Virus record (IMG/VR): IMGVR_UViG_2698536308_000013
Origin: a virus
Taxonomy: Duplodnaviria; Heunggongvirae; Uroviricota; Caudoviricetes
Length of the DNA stretch: 42,478 nt
Reading direction: 5' to 3' (one strand)
Both the position numbers and the translations under genes were made by a program. The notes beneath the pieces were generated by a model that ran no database searches, had not been told where the DNA came from, and saw only the letters and a program-made list of their open reading frames with translations. How positions within the stretch are numbered: position 1 is the first letter of the stretch; each line of letters begins with the position of its first letter. Of the stretch, positions 9,976 to 20,499 are shown piece after piece.

Positions 9976-11091
9976 TTAAATCCCTGCTTTTCTGAATACC
10001 TGTGCATCACGCTCACGGAGCTGCTTCAGCGTCAGCCATTCGCCTTTATCGGTGTAAAATTCATCTGGCGACATACCACCATCCCGAATCAGCTTTGCTC
10101 GGCTTTCCCCCACAATCTGTTTTTGTCTGGTGTAAGGCTGACGCAAAAACCATTCCCTGTAGGTTGTATCTCCGGCCACCACGCCATCCATGCTGGCCCG
10201 CTCAGCCGGGGAAATATCGCGAACATCAATACCCAGTTCCTTCGCTGATTTCAGAATGAACGTTTCCGTTGAGCGGCAGCAGAAATGAATTTTTCCCGGC
10301 CCCTGCAAATAAGGCACGCTGTGACCTACAGGTTTATTATTCAGCGTATATTTGAGGCGATCCCTGATTCGACATTGTGGCGTAGTACGATTATCAAGCG
10401 TTGATAACCATTGCTTACCCTTAATCAAATCATTATTCGCGCTGGCAAAACTCTCACGGGCAGTAGCAGCAAGATGTCCAACCGCTGTTTTTGCAATGCT
10501 GGCCGCATTAGCCCGGCTCATCTGCAATGCACCATCCTGAAATCCCTTACTGACATGTCCCCGAATTTTTCTTGCGATCTGCTCATTGGTATCCCCCAGC
10601 AAAAAACCCTGACGCACTGTATTTGTTATGCGTCTGAGCCGATCCGCCTCAAGATCTGAGGCCCACTCACTGAGCAGTCGTCCCTGGAATGGTCGCGCCA
10701 TTGCAGCGGCATAAAGTGCATCAGGAGAGATACCAACCAGAGGGTGAACATCAGCAACAAAATCAGGTAGCATAGAATCAAACAGACTTAACTGATAACC
10801 AGCCTCATAAATTGCCAGCTCGTTCAGCTCTCCGGAGAGACTGGTAAACATGCTGTTAATAGCAGTGCGGTTAACCTCTCTGACGCTCGCCAGAAGTGAC
10901 TCCAGGCGCTTAACGGTAAAACTACCTGGATCGAGGCTGTCCAGTGCTATCAGCAGGCGAGCAGTAAGTTCCGCATCGCTGTCATTCAGTATTTTCACCA
11001 TTCTGGCAGCCACGCCAGTGCTATAGCGGGATATCCAGACTGCATGAGCAATTGATTCATCACGCAGCCGTTCATTCACGGTTTGCATCAT
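9976..11091 (-). CDS. Head morphogenesis / minor capsid protein (Mu gpF / SPP1 gp7-like)
   Basis: 371 aa ORF directly downstream of portal, overlapping its stop by about 20 nt. Confidence 0.65.
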   Translation of the reverse strand: MMQTVNERLRDESIAHAVWISRYSTGVAARMVKILNDSDAELTARLLIALDSLDPGSFTVKRLESLLASVREVNRTAINSMFTSLSGELNELAIYEAGYQLSLFDSMLPDFVADVHPLVGISPDALYAAAMARPFQGRLLSEWASDLEADRLRRITNTVRQGFLLGDTNEQIARKIRGHVSKGFQDGALQMSRANAASIAKTAVGHLAATARESFASANNDLIKGKQWLSTLDNRTTPQCRIRDRLKYTLNNKPVGHSVPYLQGPGKIHFCCRSTETFILKSAKELGIDVRDISPAERASMDGVVAGDTTYREWFLRQPYTRQKQIVGESRAKLIRDGGMSPDEFYTDKGEWLTLKQLRERDAQVFRKAGI

Positions 11092-12478
11092 TGATTTCCA
11101 TCAGCATTACACTCTGATTTTTTAATTCATCGATCACTTCCTCTGGACGGGAATCCTGATCGATAAATTTCAACGCCTGCAACACCCGAACCGCATCAAT
11201 CTGACGTATATCACCGCCCTGACGCAATGACTGAACAGCCAGCGCGGAGGATGAGTCAAACACCTGGGCAGATACATCCAGTTCAGTGCGCACATCCACA
11301 TTGCCACCGCAACTCTCTCCGATCCATTCCGCCATTATCTGGAGAATATTATCGAGGGCATCTTCGAGGGAGTTCGCCATTGTATAAAGCGGCGAGTTTT
11401 CCTGCATTCGCTCTTCATTAGTCTGATCAACAGATTTGGTGGATGTATTTTCAGCACGCAGAAGTTTAGCGCCGGCATGACGCATCTGATTTTCCAGCTT
11501 CTCAAGTGATGTTTCGCCAGATTCTATCGCTGCGCCACTATGTTCAACATATTCGAGGCCATTTTTTGTTCTGTCCTCAAAAATCGTAGCGGTGGATGCA
11601 CCAACCGTCAGTTCTTCATTCCTGTCCAGCCCGTAGGCCACCAGCAATGGAACGCGGGCAACATGAAGAATATTGTCCTGCTCGCTCTGGCTTTGCCAGT
11701 GCTTGATATTCAGCAAGCCAAGATTAAGCAATGGCGGTGTACCACGCATAAATCCTGTTTTCTTCGTGTACAGTGTTACCAGAGGAATATCATCACGGCT
11801 GGTATTCCATGACTCATGAAGCGTCCAGACAGATTCGCCATTAGTGCCTTCGCTACGTCGATAAATTTCAACTCGACGGGGCATAATATGGCGGATCTGC
11901 TCCACCTTCTTCTGCCCGAAATCATCACCATCAATAATGATGACCTCTTTTATACGCAAATCAGTGAGAACAACTTTCCCTTTTTCAACTTTCGATTTCC
12001 ATCCAATAACCTGGCGTGGATTCAGCATCGTAACGTACGGACGACCACCGGTCGCGTTTTCATCGGCTTTTGTCCGAATCTCTTTCATATCCGTTCGTGG
12101 ATAGTCCACCAGCGCATGTGCCACACCATACTGAAATGCGAGGCTGAAAAATTGCTGCGCCCACACATCCAGTCGGCTCCCCTCCATGTCGATATTTTCT
12201 GCATATTCCCTGATTTTTGCCGGCGTTTCCTCACTCAATACTGTCGGCTCTGCAAATATGCGCCCAATATTTTGCTTGATGCTTTCTTCATACACAGGAA
12301 GTAGCGTAGCCACAGACAGGCGTTTTTTATAAGCGTCTTCATCTTCGTTAGGCCATTTTGGGAGATAATTTTCCCCCTGCCTGCGCATTTCAAGCGTACC
12401 GCCCATCAGTGCGTCGTTAATATCCCACGCCTCCAGCATATCGTTATAGTCGAGGTTGGGTGTTGATATATCAGCCAT
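11072..12478 (-). CDS. Portal protein
   Basis: 468 aa ORF immediately downstream of the terminase large subunit gene. Confidence 0.8.
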   Translation of the reverse strand: MADISTPNLDYNDMLEAWDINDALMGGTLEMRRQGENYLPKWPNEDEDAYKKRLSVATLLPVYEESIKQNIGRIFAEPTVLSEETPAKIREYAENIDMEGSRLDVWAQQFFSLAFQYGVAHALVDYPRTDMKEIRTKADENATGGRPYVTMLNPRQVIGWKSKVEKGKVVLTDLRIKEVIIIDGDDFGQKKVEQIRHIMPRRVEIYRRSEGTNGESVWTLHESWNTSRDDIPLVTLYTKKTGFMRGTPPLLNLGLLNIKHWQSQSEQDNILHVARVPLLVAYGLDRNEELTVGASTATIFEDRTKNGLEYVEHSGAAIESGETSLEKLENQMRHAGAKLLRAENTSTKSVDQTNEERMQENSPLYTMANSLEDALDNILQIMAEWIGESCGGNVDVRTELDVSAQVFDSSSALAVQSLRQGGDIRQIDAVRVLQALKFIDQDSRPEEVIDELKNQSVMLMEINDANRE

Positions 12479-12480
12479 AA

Positions 12481-13791
12481 TTAAATCCGAAGTGATGTGA
12501 CTCTTCCGGTCGGTTTGACAATAGGGAATTGCTTAACGATGAAATAACCTCCGGCATCATTCGGGTGATCATTGCCAGATTTTTTATCAGGCTCCCCCTT
12601 CTCATCCCAGACCTGTTGCTCCAGAGATTCGGCATATAACGGGCAACGCTTCACATTAACTTTATAGCGACGCTCACCATTGGCATTGCAGAACATTGCA
12701 TTCATTGAGTTAACGCGATCTTTTACTGGCGGGTTCGAGCTGTTCACCACAACGTTAAAACCAGCCTGCTTAAGCTGGGCTATATCCGTCGTACTTGCGT
12801 TACTTGATTTTCTGGAATCCCCGGAAGCATCTGGATAAATATAAATTTCCCTCACTTTCCGGTAATCATTCCCATCATACAGCCAGAAGCGTTCTTTAAT
12901 GATGCGGATCATATCCGGCGTATCGTAGGCATTGATGATTTCAGTTACCGCACATGGAAGCCCCAAACGCAGCACATGGACGATTCCCGCCATCTTTCCA
13001 ACGTTAAAATCCATCCCAATATAAATCGGCTCCCCTGGCTGCTCCACTTCTTCGCAATTATTCAGTTTCCGGTCAAACTGATGGTAAACAGTACCACTTG
13101 TCAGGTTAGTAAACTGTCCTCGAAGATAGGCTTTAATCAGCTCTGGAGGGTATGATTCAAGAAGCGAAGGAATGTAATCTGCTGGCAGGTTCTTTTCATT
13201 ATCGAAAGTAGATGCCTGCACCAGACCATACAGTGAGGCCAGCTCTGTTTTTTCACGCACGGCTTTAACAAACTGCTCGTAGACAAATTTGAATCCTTCC
13301 GGCGTGGTTGTAACGTCAATACCGTTGCGAAGTCCATCAATCTTATAACGCATACGTGCAATTATCTTGCGCCACGCCGTTCTGGCTTTTTCCTTCGGCA
13401 AAATGTCCAGTTCATCCACCAACGCATTACCAATTTTGAAACCGACGATCGTTTGTGGCTTCTCCATCGATCTGCAGATAGTGGTTCCCCGATACTGGCG
13501 TCCGTAATAAAAGTGAACCTCTTTATTTCCCTCATTAATTTTTACGTTCAATCCCCAGTCAGCAGCAACTTCTTCCACTGTAGGGTAAAAAATATCGCGA
13601 ATTTGGGGATACGTTGGCGCAAAATATCCCTGATTTATACCTGGATGCTCCCAAATCCCCTTGCATATGCCGCCACACCCAACCCATGTTTTGCCCGAGC
13701 CAAAACCAGCAATATAGGCTTTAAATTTATGGGGCATTGAAAGAAATCGCGCCTGAGGCACATTAAGCGTCGGAGAGATCATCTTCATCAC
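12481..13791 (-). CDS. Terminase large subunit
   Basis: 436 aa with an N-terminal Walker-A-like GFGSGKT motif and an acidic C-terminal nuclease-type region; followed by portal. Confidence 0.85.
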   Translation of the reverse strand: MMKMISPTLNVPQARFLSMPHKFKAYIAGFGSGKTWVGCGGICKGIWEHPGINQGYFAPTYPQIRDIFYPTVEEVAADWGLNVKINEGNKEVHFYYGRQYRGTTICRSMEKPQTIVGFKIGNALVDELDILPKEKARTAWRKIIARMRYKIDGLRNGIDVTTTPEGFKFVYEQFVKAVREKTELASLYGLVQASTFDNEKNLPADYIPSLLESYPPELIKAYLRGQFTNLTSGTVYHQFDRKLNNCEEVEQPGEPIYIGMDFNVGKMAGIVHVLRLGLPCAVTEIINAYDTPDMIRIIKERFWLYDGNDYRKVREIYIYPDASGDSRKSSNASTTDIAQLKQAGFNVVVNSSNPPVKDRVNSMNAMFCNANGERRYKVNVKRCPLYAESLEQQVWDEKGEPDKKSGNDHPNDAGGYFIVKQFPIVKPTGRVTSLRI

Positions 13792-14857
13792 TCCTTACTC
13801 TGGCATCAACCACATTAATATTGATCGCCACAGGCTGGGGATGTTCATTATCTTCCACCGTTTCGATCTCTTTGCGCAGCTTCTGGTTTTCCATTCTGCG
13901 CCGTTCAATTTCCAGTTCCCGTAGCCGCTTATCTGCACATAAAGCCCCGCCAGCAGAAAACAAACGCAACAATTCACGCCGGGCGGCAGCCTTATCCTCC
14001 AGCAGGATCTCAACGCCGAATTTTCCGAATTTTGCCCCTGCATATAATTGCCGCGCATCCCCATCAAGCAGAGTGGTATCAGCCATATAAAGCTGTCCCG
14101 TTCCCTCACCGCAGCACTTCGGGCAGTCCGGATTGGGTATGGCGTTATCAACAAAGCCGAGGCCTCCATATTCCGGTTCGGGTTTGCCATCTCTGGAAGC
14201 CTGCGCCGCTGCCTTGTCGAATTCTGCTATATCGCGCCACTGGTAGAGATGATTCTCGCCCCAGCAATAACGGCAGTTAACACGGCGAAATTGTGCAAGC
14301 TGATTGGGGTCGGCCAGGACAATAGCCATCAACTGACTCACTAGTAAATCCAGGTCTGCGGTATAGCGTTTCTGGTACTGATTGCGGAAGTAGCTGATAG
14401 CGCGAAAAACCCTGGCATTTCTAAGCATACGACTGGCGTTGCTGTTAGCTGTCGCACCTTGCCCCTCATAACCGGCTAGTCGGTACGCCTCTGTCGGCTT
14501 TTTACCCTGAGCAACAAGCATCGCAAACTTAGCCTGCTGGTCAGAAATGCCGAATTCATCGGGACAGAACGAAAATTCCTCCGCGTCGCCCTCATTCAGG
14601 CCCGCATCGAATACTGGCTTTTTTTCCTGAGATTTTTCGTTCCGCTTTTGTGCAGTCTGCGCAGATTTTTTCTGCGCACTTTTTTGCGCAGTTTTGCACA
14701 TTTCTGTCTGCGCATTTTTCGGAGTTTTTTTGATGTAACGACGGGCTGTTGCGTAATTCAGTCCCCTTGCTTCACACCATGCCACCGGAGATATACCGGA
14801 GCGGGTGTATTCAGCAATATACTCCTGCTGCAACGCCCCCCAGTCCGGTCTGCTCAT
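13763..14857 (-). CDS. Terminase small subunit-like DNA-binding protein
   Basis: N-terminal HTH-like segment, Cys cluster CRYCWGE...CPKCCGEG, overlaps the TerL start. Confidence 0.5.
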   Translation of the reverse strand: MSRPDWGALQQEYIAEYTRSGISPVAWCEARGLNYATARRYIKKTPKNAQTEMCKTAQKSAQKKSAQTAQKRNEKSQEKKPVFDAGLNEGDAEEFSFCPDEFGISDQQAKFAMLVAQGKKPTEAYRLAGYEGQGATANSNASRMLRNARVFRAISYFRNQYQKRYTADLDLLVSQLMAIVLADPNQLAQFRRVNCRYCWGENHLYQWRDIAEFDKAAAQASRDGKPEPEYGGLGFVDNAIPNPDCPKCCGEGTGQLYMADTTLLDGDARQLYAGAKFGKFGVEILLEDKAAARRELLRLFSAGGALCADKRLRELEIERRRMENQKLRKEIETVEDNEHPQPVAININVVDARVRSDEDDLSDA

Positions 14858-14860
14858 CAG

Positions 14861-15112
14861 TTAGTCCTGATTTTTATCCACCCTGAGTAGTTCGCGCAGA
14901 GCAAAGGCATCCCCTTTTCTGGCAAGCTTAAACAATGCCGCTCGTAACTCGGCTTCACCTTTCGCTCTGCCCTTACGGATGGCCGCATAAAAATCTGTCA
15001 TTGCTTCCCGATTTTCTTTCAGTCGGTTCAGATCAACATCCAGAACGTCAGCGATTTGTTGTGCAGTCATCCGGCACGCTGCCAGAGACTCGACTTTCGA
15101 ATACGGAATCAT
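14861..15112 (-). CDS. Small putative DNA-binding protein
   Basis: 83 aa ORF (alternative start at 15070) with basic helical C-terminus, upstream of TerS. Confidence 0.4.
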   Translation of the reverse strand: MIPYSKVESLAACRMTAQQIADVLDVDLNRLKENREAMTDFYAAIRKGRAKGEAELRAALFKLARKGDAFALRELLRVDKNQD

Positions 15113-15998
15113 TTGTCACCCCCATTGATATGCAGGGTGTCTTCTTCCTGTATTTTTCGTGAAGGATTTTTACTGCAGCGTTGTTCCAGGTGACCTGATG
15201 GTGAATGCGTTTATGACTGGCACCCATAAGTGAGATTTTTACGCACGACGGCGCATACATGACGGAGTAAAAACTTTTAACGTAGGTTCCGGAATCCAGA
15301 TACAGCTCGGTCATTCCGCCGCTGTTTTTCTGCGTCTGTTTCTGCCCTAACTGGACAGCACCGATCGTCATAAACAATTCACCACAGCGACCGAGATTCG
15401 TGTACGTATTCACATCCTCGTTAATGCGCCCCATGAATGAGAACGGTCGATCAACCGAACAGATAAAGCTGTTCATTGCCTTGCGTTTCACCCACGAAGC
15501 ATGGCCGCCATTGTCACCAAGAAAATCCCCGCCCTGCGACATAGCGATGGAAAGAGCAGGTATTGATTCGTAGTACGCAAGCATTTCAGAAAGGATCTCA
15601 TCCAGTTTCCTTATCGGGAAATAGGCCTGGTCATAGTTGCGATCCACCCGAAACTGGAACTCGTGATAATCATCATCGAGCTGAATGAAGTATTTACACC
15701 CGACCAGTTTTGCCTGGTCGAAACAGGCATTACGGGCGTAAAAAATTGAGCGGCGGTCACTAAAATTATCGGCTTCGTCAAAACGACTAGCAATATCGGC
15801 TTTGGAAAATACCAGCACCTGTTCACCAAATTCAGCCATGTACTGATGCCGTGTCTTATCTTCATCATCAACAACGATAAAAATTTTCCCGGTATAGCCA
15901 GCACGACGCAACGTCCGGTAAGTCAGAACTTTGTCCGGTCGCCCGTGAGTCAGAATAAAGGCGCAAAAATCATCACGCATATTCCTCCTCCCCGCCAT
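15048..15998 (-). CDS. GT-A fold glycosyltransferase-like protein, no predicted membrane segment
   Basis: N-terminal AFILTHGRPDKV...IFIVVDDEDKT resembles the family-2 glycosyltransferase signature; a DxD motif (FIQLDDDY) follows about 90 aa later. Confidence 0.45.
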   Translation of the reverse strand: MAGRRNMRDDFCAFILTHGRPDKVLTYRTLRRAGYTGKIFIVVDDEDKTRHQYMAEFGEQVLVFSKADIASRFDEADNFSDRRSIFYARNACFDQAKLVGCKYFIQLDDDYHEFQFRVDRNYDQAYFPIRKLDEILSEMLAYYESIPALSIAMSQGGDFLGDNGGHASWVKRKAMNSFICSVDRPFSFMGRINEDVNTYTNLGRCGELFMTIGAVQLGQKQTQKNSGGMTELYLDSGTYVKSFYSVMYAPSCVKISLMGASHKRIHHQVTWNNAAVKILHEKYRKKTPCISMGVTNDSVFESRVSGSVPDDCTTNR

Positions 15999-16761
15999 GC
16001 ATGATCTCCACCATGCGCTGCGTCATTCGGACAAATCCATTTTCAATAGCCTGCTGATAATCAATGATCACCAGCGCCGACTCCTCGAAAAGGCACTGAA
16101 TTTCAGCGGGGGCATGAGCGTAATAGTCCGCAATTCTGCTGAAATTAAACACCGTGTGACGTTCTGCTGCACACAGGAGGAATTTCTCAATATCAGGATC
16201 AAGGGACGCCGAACGTATCCGGCTGATCAGCTCCTGAGTTTTCGTATCGTCGTACAGTTCACTGATATCCGGTTTACCGCCTGACGGCTCATAAACAGGC
16301 GTATCAATTTTCGTCGTATACGGCTCCTCCTCATTTCCTGTACCGGGCAAAACATCCGTCAACAGTTCATCAATTTCTGCCGGGATGAAGCCTGTCAGGG
16401 AGACATCAAAATCAGCATTGATTAGGTCCGACAGCTCCATCCGCAACAGATCTTCATCCCAGCCAGCATTCATCGGCAGGCGATTATCTGCCAGGCGGTA
16501 CGCCTTTTTCTGCTCATCCGTCAGGCCAGACAGAACAATGACCGGAACAGAATCCATTTTGAGCATTTCAGCCGCCATAACACGACCGTGACCCGCAATA
16601 ATTTCGCCCTTTTCGTCAATCAGCACCGGATTAGTCCAGCCGAATTGCTTAATACTTTCTACCAGTTGTGCCACCTGCTCAGTACTGTGCGTCCTGGCGT
16701 TGTGCGCATACGGTGACAATTCTTGTAATGGGCGATAGACTATCTTTAATTTCTCGCTCAT
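15973..16761 (-). CDS. ParB-like nuclease domain protein (position of K-12 ynaK)
   Basis: N-terminal ParB/Srx-type signature (…NPVLIDEKGEIIAGHGRVMAA…), 262 aa. Confidence 0.7.
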   Translation of the reverse strand: MSEKLKIVYRPLQELSPYAHNARTHSTEQVAQLVESIKQFGWTNPVLIDEKGEIIAGHGRVMAAEMLKMDSVPVIVLSGLTDEQKKAYRLADNRLPMNAGWDEDLLRMELSDLINADFDVSLTGFIPAEIDELLTDVLPGTGNEEEPYTTKIDTPVYEPSGGKPDISELYDDTKTQELISRIRSASLDPDIEKFLLCAAERHTVFNFSRIADYYAHAPAEIQCLFEESALVIIDYQQAIENGFVRMTQRMVEIMHGGEEEYA

Positions 16762-16898
16762 ACAGCCTTGCTTTATGAATAAAACGCACCCCAGCAGCCA
16801 GTGCTACTGGGGGCGGAGGTGTTGCTGGTAAAGTTAGGTATTGGATCAATGAGTGAGTCAACATAATATTAAACTCACAATTATAAATCAGCCATATA

Positions 16899-18356
16899 TT
16901 AGGAGCGCCAAAAAAAACCTGAAAACAATATAATAACAGGATAAATTTCAAGGCGACCAAGAATCATAGCTATGCACATTAAATATTTTGCAATGTCATT
17001 AAGCACTCCGAATGACGATGCAGTAGCCCCAAAACCTAATCCCATATTATTAATACATGCAGCCACTGTTGCAAATGATGTAAGAAAATCATATCCCATA
17101 CCATTTAACACCAGTATAAAAAACACCGTGAAGAGAGTATAAAGAAAAAAGAAACTCCATACAGACCTCATTACACGATCTGTAACTATCTTCCCTCCTA
17201 CATTTACACTCAACAACGCTCTGGGATGAGAAAGCTGATTTATCTCGTGTTTGCTTTGTTTGAAAAGTATAAGAAATCGAAGTGACTTAATTCCACCACA
17301 GGTTGAACCTATACATCCCCCAAAGAAACTTGACAACAGCAAAAACACTATCGTGTGCGTGGGCCAGTTTGCATAATCCTGCGTAGCTAAACCATTATCA
17401 GTGAGCATGGAGCTGGCAAGAAAAAACGAATGAATAAAACTTCCATGCAAGTCATACATACCTATATGCCAGACCTGGAAAGAGGTAACAATGATCACCC
17501 CTAAGGCTATTAACAGAAAGAAACGAAGTTCAATATCTCTGATTAAAGGTTTTATCGTTTTTCTGCTAATAACAATATACCAAAGAGTGAAGTTGAAAGC
17601 CGATAGCAGGGAAAAAGAACCAGCCACCAGCTCAACCAAATAGTTATTAAAATATCCGATACTCTCGCTATGAGTTGAGAAACCACCAAGCGAAACTGTG
17701 GAAATCCCGTGACAAATAGCATCAAACAAAGGCATTCCTGCAAGTCTATAACAGACAATACAAGCAATACCTAATAAAGAATAAGTTATCCACAGTGTCC
17801 GTGACGTATCGGCCAGGCGGGGAGTGAGTTTGTCATCCTTAAATGGCCCCGGCATTTCTGACTGATAAAGCTTTGCACCACCAATACCCAATAATGGCAA
17901 TACTGCAACCGCCAGAACAATAACTCCTAAACCACCTATAAAATTTAACTGTGACCGATAGTACAAATATGCCCGAGGTAATGAACTAACATCATCAATT
18001 ACAGTTGCTCCTGTTGTTGTTATTCCAGAAACCCCTTCAAACAGAGCATCAATGAACGTTAAATTAAGTTCTGAGTCAATCCATAAAGGGAATGCACTAA
18101 TAACAGAAAACAAAATCCAAAACATTACAATTATAATAAACCCATCACGGGTACGTAATTGAATGCCAGATTTCTTAGTTGTATACCACGCTCCGCCACC
18201 AATGCAAAAAAATATAACGAAAGTTATAAAGAAAACGAACAGGCTTTTTTCTTTATAAAACAATGCTACAACCATTGGTGGCAACATTGAAAGACTATAG
18301 AGCCAAACCAGGAACCCACACATATGAGTAACAACTCTTACATGAGATGTATTCAT
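16899..18356 (-). CDS. trkG: Trk-system potassium uptake protein TrkG
   Basis: Polytopic membrane protein beginning MNTSHVRVVTHMCGFLVWLY as recalled for K-12 TrkG; low-GC gene next to Rz as in Rac. Confidence 0.9.
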   Translation of the reverse strand: MNTSHVRVVTHMCGFLVWLYSLSMLPPMVVALFYKEKSLFVFFITFVIFFCIGGGAWYTTKKSGIQLRTRDGFIIIVMFWILFSVISAFPLWIDSELNLTFIDALFEGVSGITTTGATVIDDVSSLPRAYLYYRSQLNFIGGLGVIVLAVAVLPLLGIGGAKLYQSEMPGPFKDDKLTPRLADTSRTLWITYSLLGIACIVCYRLAGMPLFDAICHGISTVSLGGFSTHSESIGYFNNYLVELVAGSFSLLSAFNFTLWYIVISRKTIKPLIRDIELRFFLLIALGVIIVTSFQVWHIGMYDLHGSFIHSFFLASSMLTDNGLATQDYANWPTHTIVFLLLSSFFGGCIGSTCGGIKSLRFLILFKQSKHEINQLSHPRALLSVNVGGKIVTDRVMRSVWSFFFLYTLFTVFFILVLNGMGYDFLTSFATVAACINNMGLGFGATASSFGVLNDIAKYLMCIAMILGRLEIYPVIILFSGFFWRS

Positions 18357-18493
18357 ATCTAAATATTCTTTCAATTATAACCACCTTGCTGCAATATTAT
18401 GATTATACTGTATAAAATTTAACTCCTCTTAGATCTTACTTCACTGTTCCTTATGAAACAATCATCAAAATGAATCATATTGTAGTTAAGATT

Positions 18494-18958
18494 TTACTTT
18501 AAACACTGCTCGGTTATGTATTGCTGAGCACCTTCAAGTTGGGCCTGCATCATTACCAGTCGTTCCCGGAGGGTGAAATAATCCCGTTCAGCGGTGTCTG
18601 CCAGTCGGGGGCTGGTTGCATTATCCACGCCGGAGGCGGTGGTGGCTTCACGCACTGACTGACAGACTGCTTTGATGTGCAACCGACGACGACCAGCGGC
18701 AACATCATCACGCAGAGCATCATTTTCAGCTTTCGCATCAGCTAACTCCTTCGTGTATTTTGCATCGAGCGCAGCAACATCACGCTGACGCATCTGCATG
18801 TCAGTAATTGCCGCGTTCGCCAGCTTCAGTTCTCTGGCATTTTTGTCGCGCTGGGCTTTGTAGGTAATGGCGTTATCACGGTAATGATTAACAGCCCATG
18901 ACAGGCAGACGATGATGCAGATAACCAGAGCGGAGATAATCGCGGTTACTCTGCTCAT
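18494..18958 (-). CDS. Spanin inner-membrane subunit Rz
   Basis: [47 protein letters not shown]... recalled as near-identical to lambda Rz. Confidence 0.85.
   Translation of the reverse strand: MSRVTAIISALVICIIVCLSWAVNHYRDNAITYKAQRDKNARELKLANAAITDMQMRQRDVAALDAKYTKELADAKAENDALRDDVAAGRRRLHIKAVCQSVREATTASGVDNATSPRLADTAERDYFTLRERLVMMQAQLEGAQQYITEQCLK
18553..18738 (-). CDS. Spanin outer-membrane lipoprotein Rz1, embedded in Rz in another frame
   Basis: 61 aa with lipobox LVVVGC and a Pro-rich segment PPPPPAW, entirely inside Rz. Confidence 0.75.
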   Translation of the reverse strand: MRKLKMMLCVMMLPLVVVGCTSKQSVSQCVKPPPPPAWIMQPAPDWQTPLNGIISPSGNDW

Positions 18959-19487
18959 TGTTGCCCCCACAAACAGACTTCACGCTCAATCTCACGACGA
19001 GTCATNNNNNNNNNNNNNNNNNNNNNNNNNNNNNNNNNNNNNNNCCTTTCCATTGCTTACCGCCAGCATATGTCCAGCGACGTAGCTGGTCACATGCGCC
19101 TTTGATATCGCCCTGGTTTATTTTGCGAAGAAGCGTCGATGTTCTGAAATTGCCAGCACCCACGTTGTAGACGAACGAGTACAGAGCGCCGCGCGTTGTT
19201 TCCGGTATATCGACTTTGATGTACGGGTTAATTTGTCTGGCAACCGTGGCAAGGTCTTTATTCAAGAGTGTTTTGCATTCTGCTTTGGTATACGTTTTAC
19301 CGAGCATGATGTCTTTTCCTGTATGCCCGTGACATACAGTCCATACACCAACAATATCTTTGTATGGTATGTAGCTGACACCTTCCAGGCCATCGTCACC
19401 ACTTGGGCCAGTGATTAACACTGATGCTATAGCAATTGCTCCGCCACCAATAGCAGCAGCAACGACTTTTCGTAATGATGGAGGCAT
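18957..19487 (-). CDS. SAR-type endolysin (phage 21 R-like lysozyme), interrupted by an N-gap
   Basis: N-terminal signal-anchor-release-like hydrophobic, Gly/Ala-rich segment ([18 protein letters not shown]); stop overlaps the Rz start; exact 3' portion unreadable because of N-run. Confidence 0.65.
19006..19044. other. Assembly gap, 39 N
   Basis: Run of N in the sequence. Confidence 1.
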
Positions 19488-19702
19488 TATTCACCTCTCG
19501 CAGCCTTGCGCTTATCTTCTTTAATCTTGAAATAAAGGTTTGTCAGGTACGTCAGCAGGCCAAATACCAGACTACCCAGCACACCGATTGCAGCCCACTG
19601 TGACGGAGTTACTCTATCGAGCAACTGTAAAAACCAGTAGCCAGCACTGCCTGCGGAGGTGCCGTAGGCAATGCCTGTTGAAATTTTGTCCATGGATTTC
19701 AT
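19487..19702 (-). CDS. Class II holin / pinholin (phage 21 S-like), 71 aa
   Basis: [26 protein letters not shown]..., two TM segments, dual-start motif MKSM, start overlaps the endolysin start. Confidence 0.8.
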   Translation of the reverse strand: MKSMDKISTGIAYGTSAGSAGYWFLQLLDRVTPSQWAAIGVLGSLVFGLLTYLTNLYFKIKEDKRKAARGE

Positions 19703-19801
19703 AGCCTCACCTCCGCACGGAACGGATGGCATAGTTATTATGTGTAGGCTTTCAGACACATCAATCAGAGCCTTAATTGATATATATGCTGGAGACGATG
19801 C

Positions 19802-19828
19802 AATATAAAAAGCTCGCCGTAGCGAGCT
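19802..19828 (-). terminator. Terminator-like hairpin after the lipoprotein gene
   Basis: Perfect inverted repeat AGCTCGCcgtaGCGAGCT followed on the minus strand by TTTTATATT. Confidence 0.4.
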
Positions 19829-19953
19829 AATAAAATGTATTTCTCTGATATTATGTTTATTTGTATTAGCTCAGACTTGACATCACAGGTTTCGTATATA
19901 GAACATCATCAAATCTGTCAGTTTGCTATGAATGAGATATAGTAATTGAAGAG

Positions 19954-20349
19954 CTAACCTCGCATGTCAAAGCCAGATTTCTGAAAATCTCTGTAGACTT
20001 CCGGATTGTTGAAGGCCGGAAATTTGGCTTTATGAGCTGCGGACTTTATCGCTTCGCAATAGGCTTTATCACCGTTACTGGTAGATATTTTTAACGCCGT
20101 GCCATCCTGAGAGAATTCCATATGCAACCTGCATTTTTTCCCTTTCCAGTTATGCGGCTCATCAAGTTTGGCATTAATTGCAGCTCTGATTCCCCGCGCT
20201 TGCGCCCCCCATTCATCCTGATCATCCCAGCGTCCTGAACTGCAACTACCTGTAGCAGTAGTTTTGTGGCAATCTGAAGGGTGTAAAGGTGTGCATCCCG
20301 CAACAAAACCGACCCAAAAAGTCAACATAACGATTTTCTTTAATCCCAC
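19954..20349 (-). CDS. Predicted lipoprotein, moron, 131 aa
   Basis: Signal peptide with lipobox FVAGC; C-terminal region paralogous to the neighbouring lipoprotein (GKKC-L-M...PEVY--FQ). Confidence 0.6.
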   Translation of the reverse strand: MGLKKIVMLTFWVGFVAGCTPLHPSDCHKTTATGSCSSGRWDDQDEWGAQARGIRAAINAKLDEPHNWKGKKCRLHMEFSQDGTALKISTSNGDKAYCEAIKSAAHKAKFPAFNNPEVYRDFQKSGFDMRG

Positions 20350-20499
20350 TTCTTGCTCCTCAATCCATTAAAATCTCAGCAATAGTAGTTGTTACGTCCG
20401 CCACTGGCTCAGAGCTGACTATCCGCTAAATTTAGCTCAGTGCCGTAGCTGTGTCAGAACAAACCTAAGCCGAAACCGTTTATTACAAAACAATAAATA

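Noticed and set aside
16679-16960. 93-aa minus-strand ORF overlapping the 3' end of trkG
   Set aside because: Overlaps the trkG terminus in another frame and runs into the intergenic region; no RBS; likely spurious.
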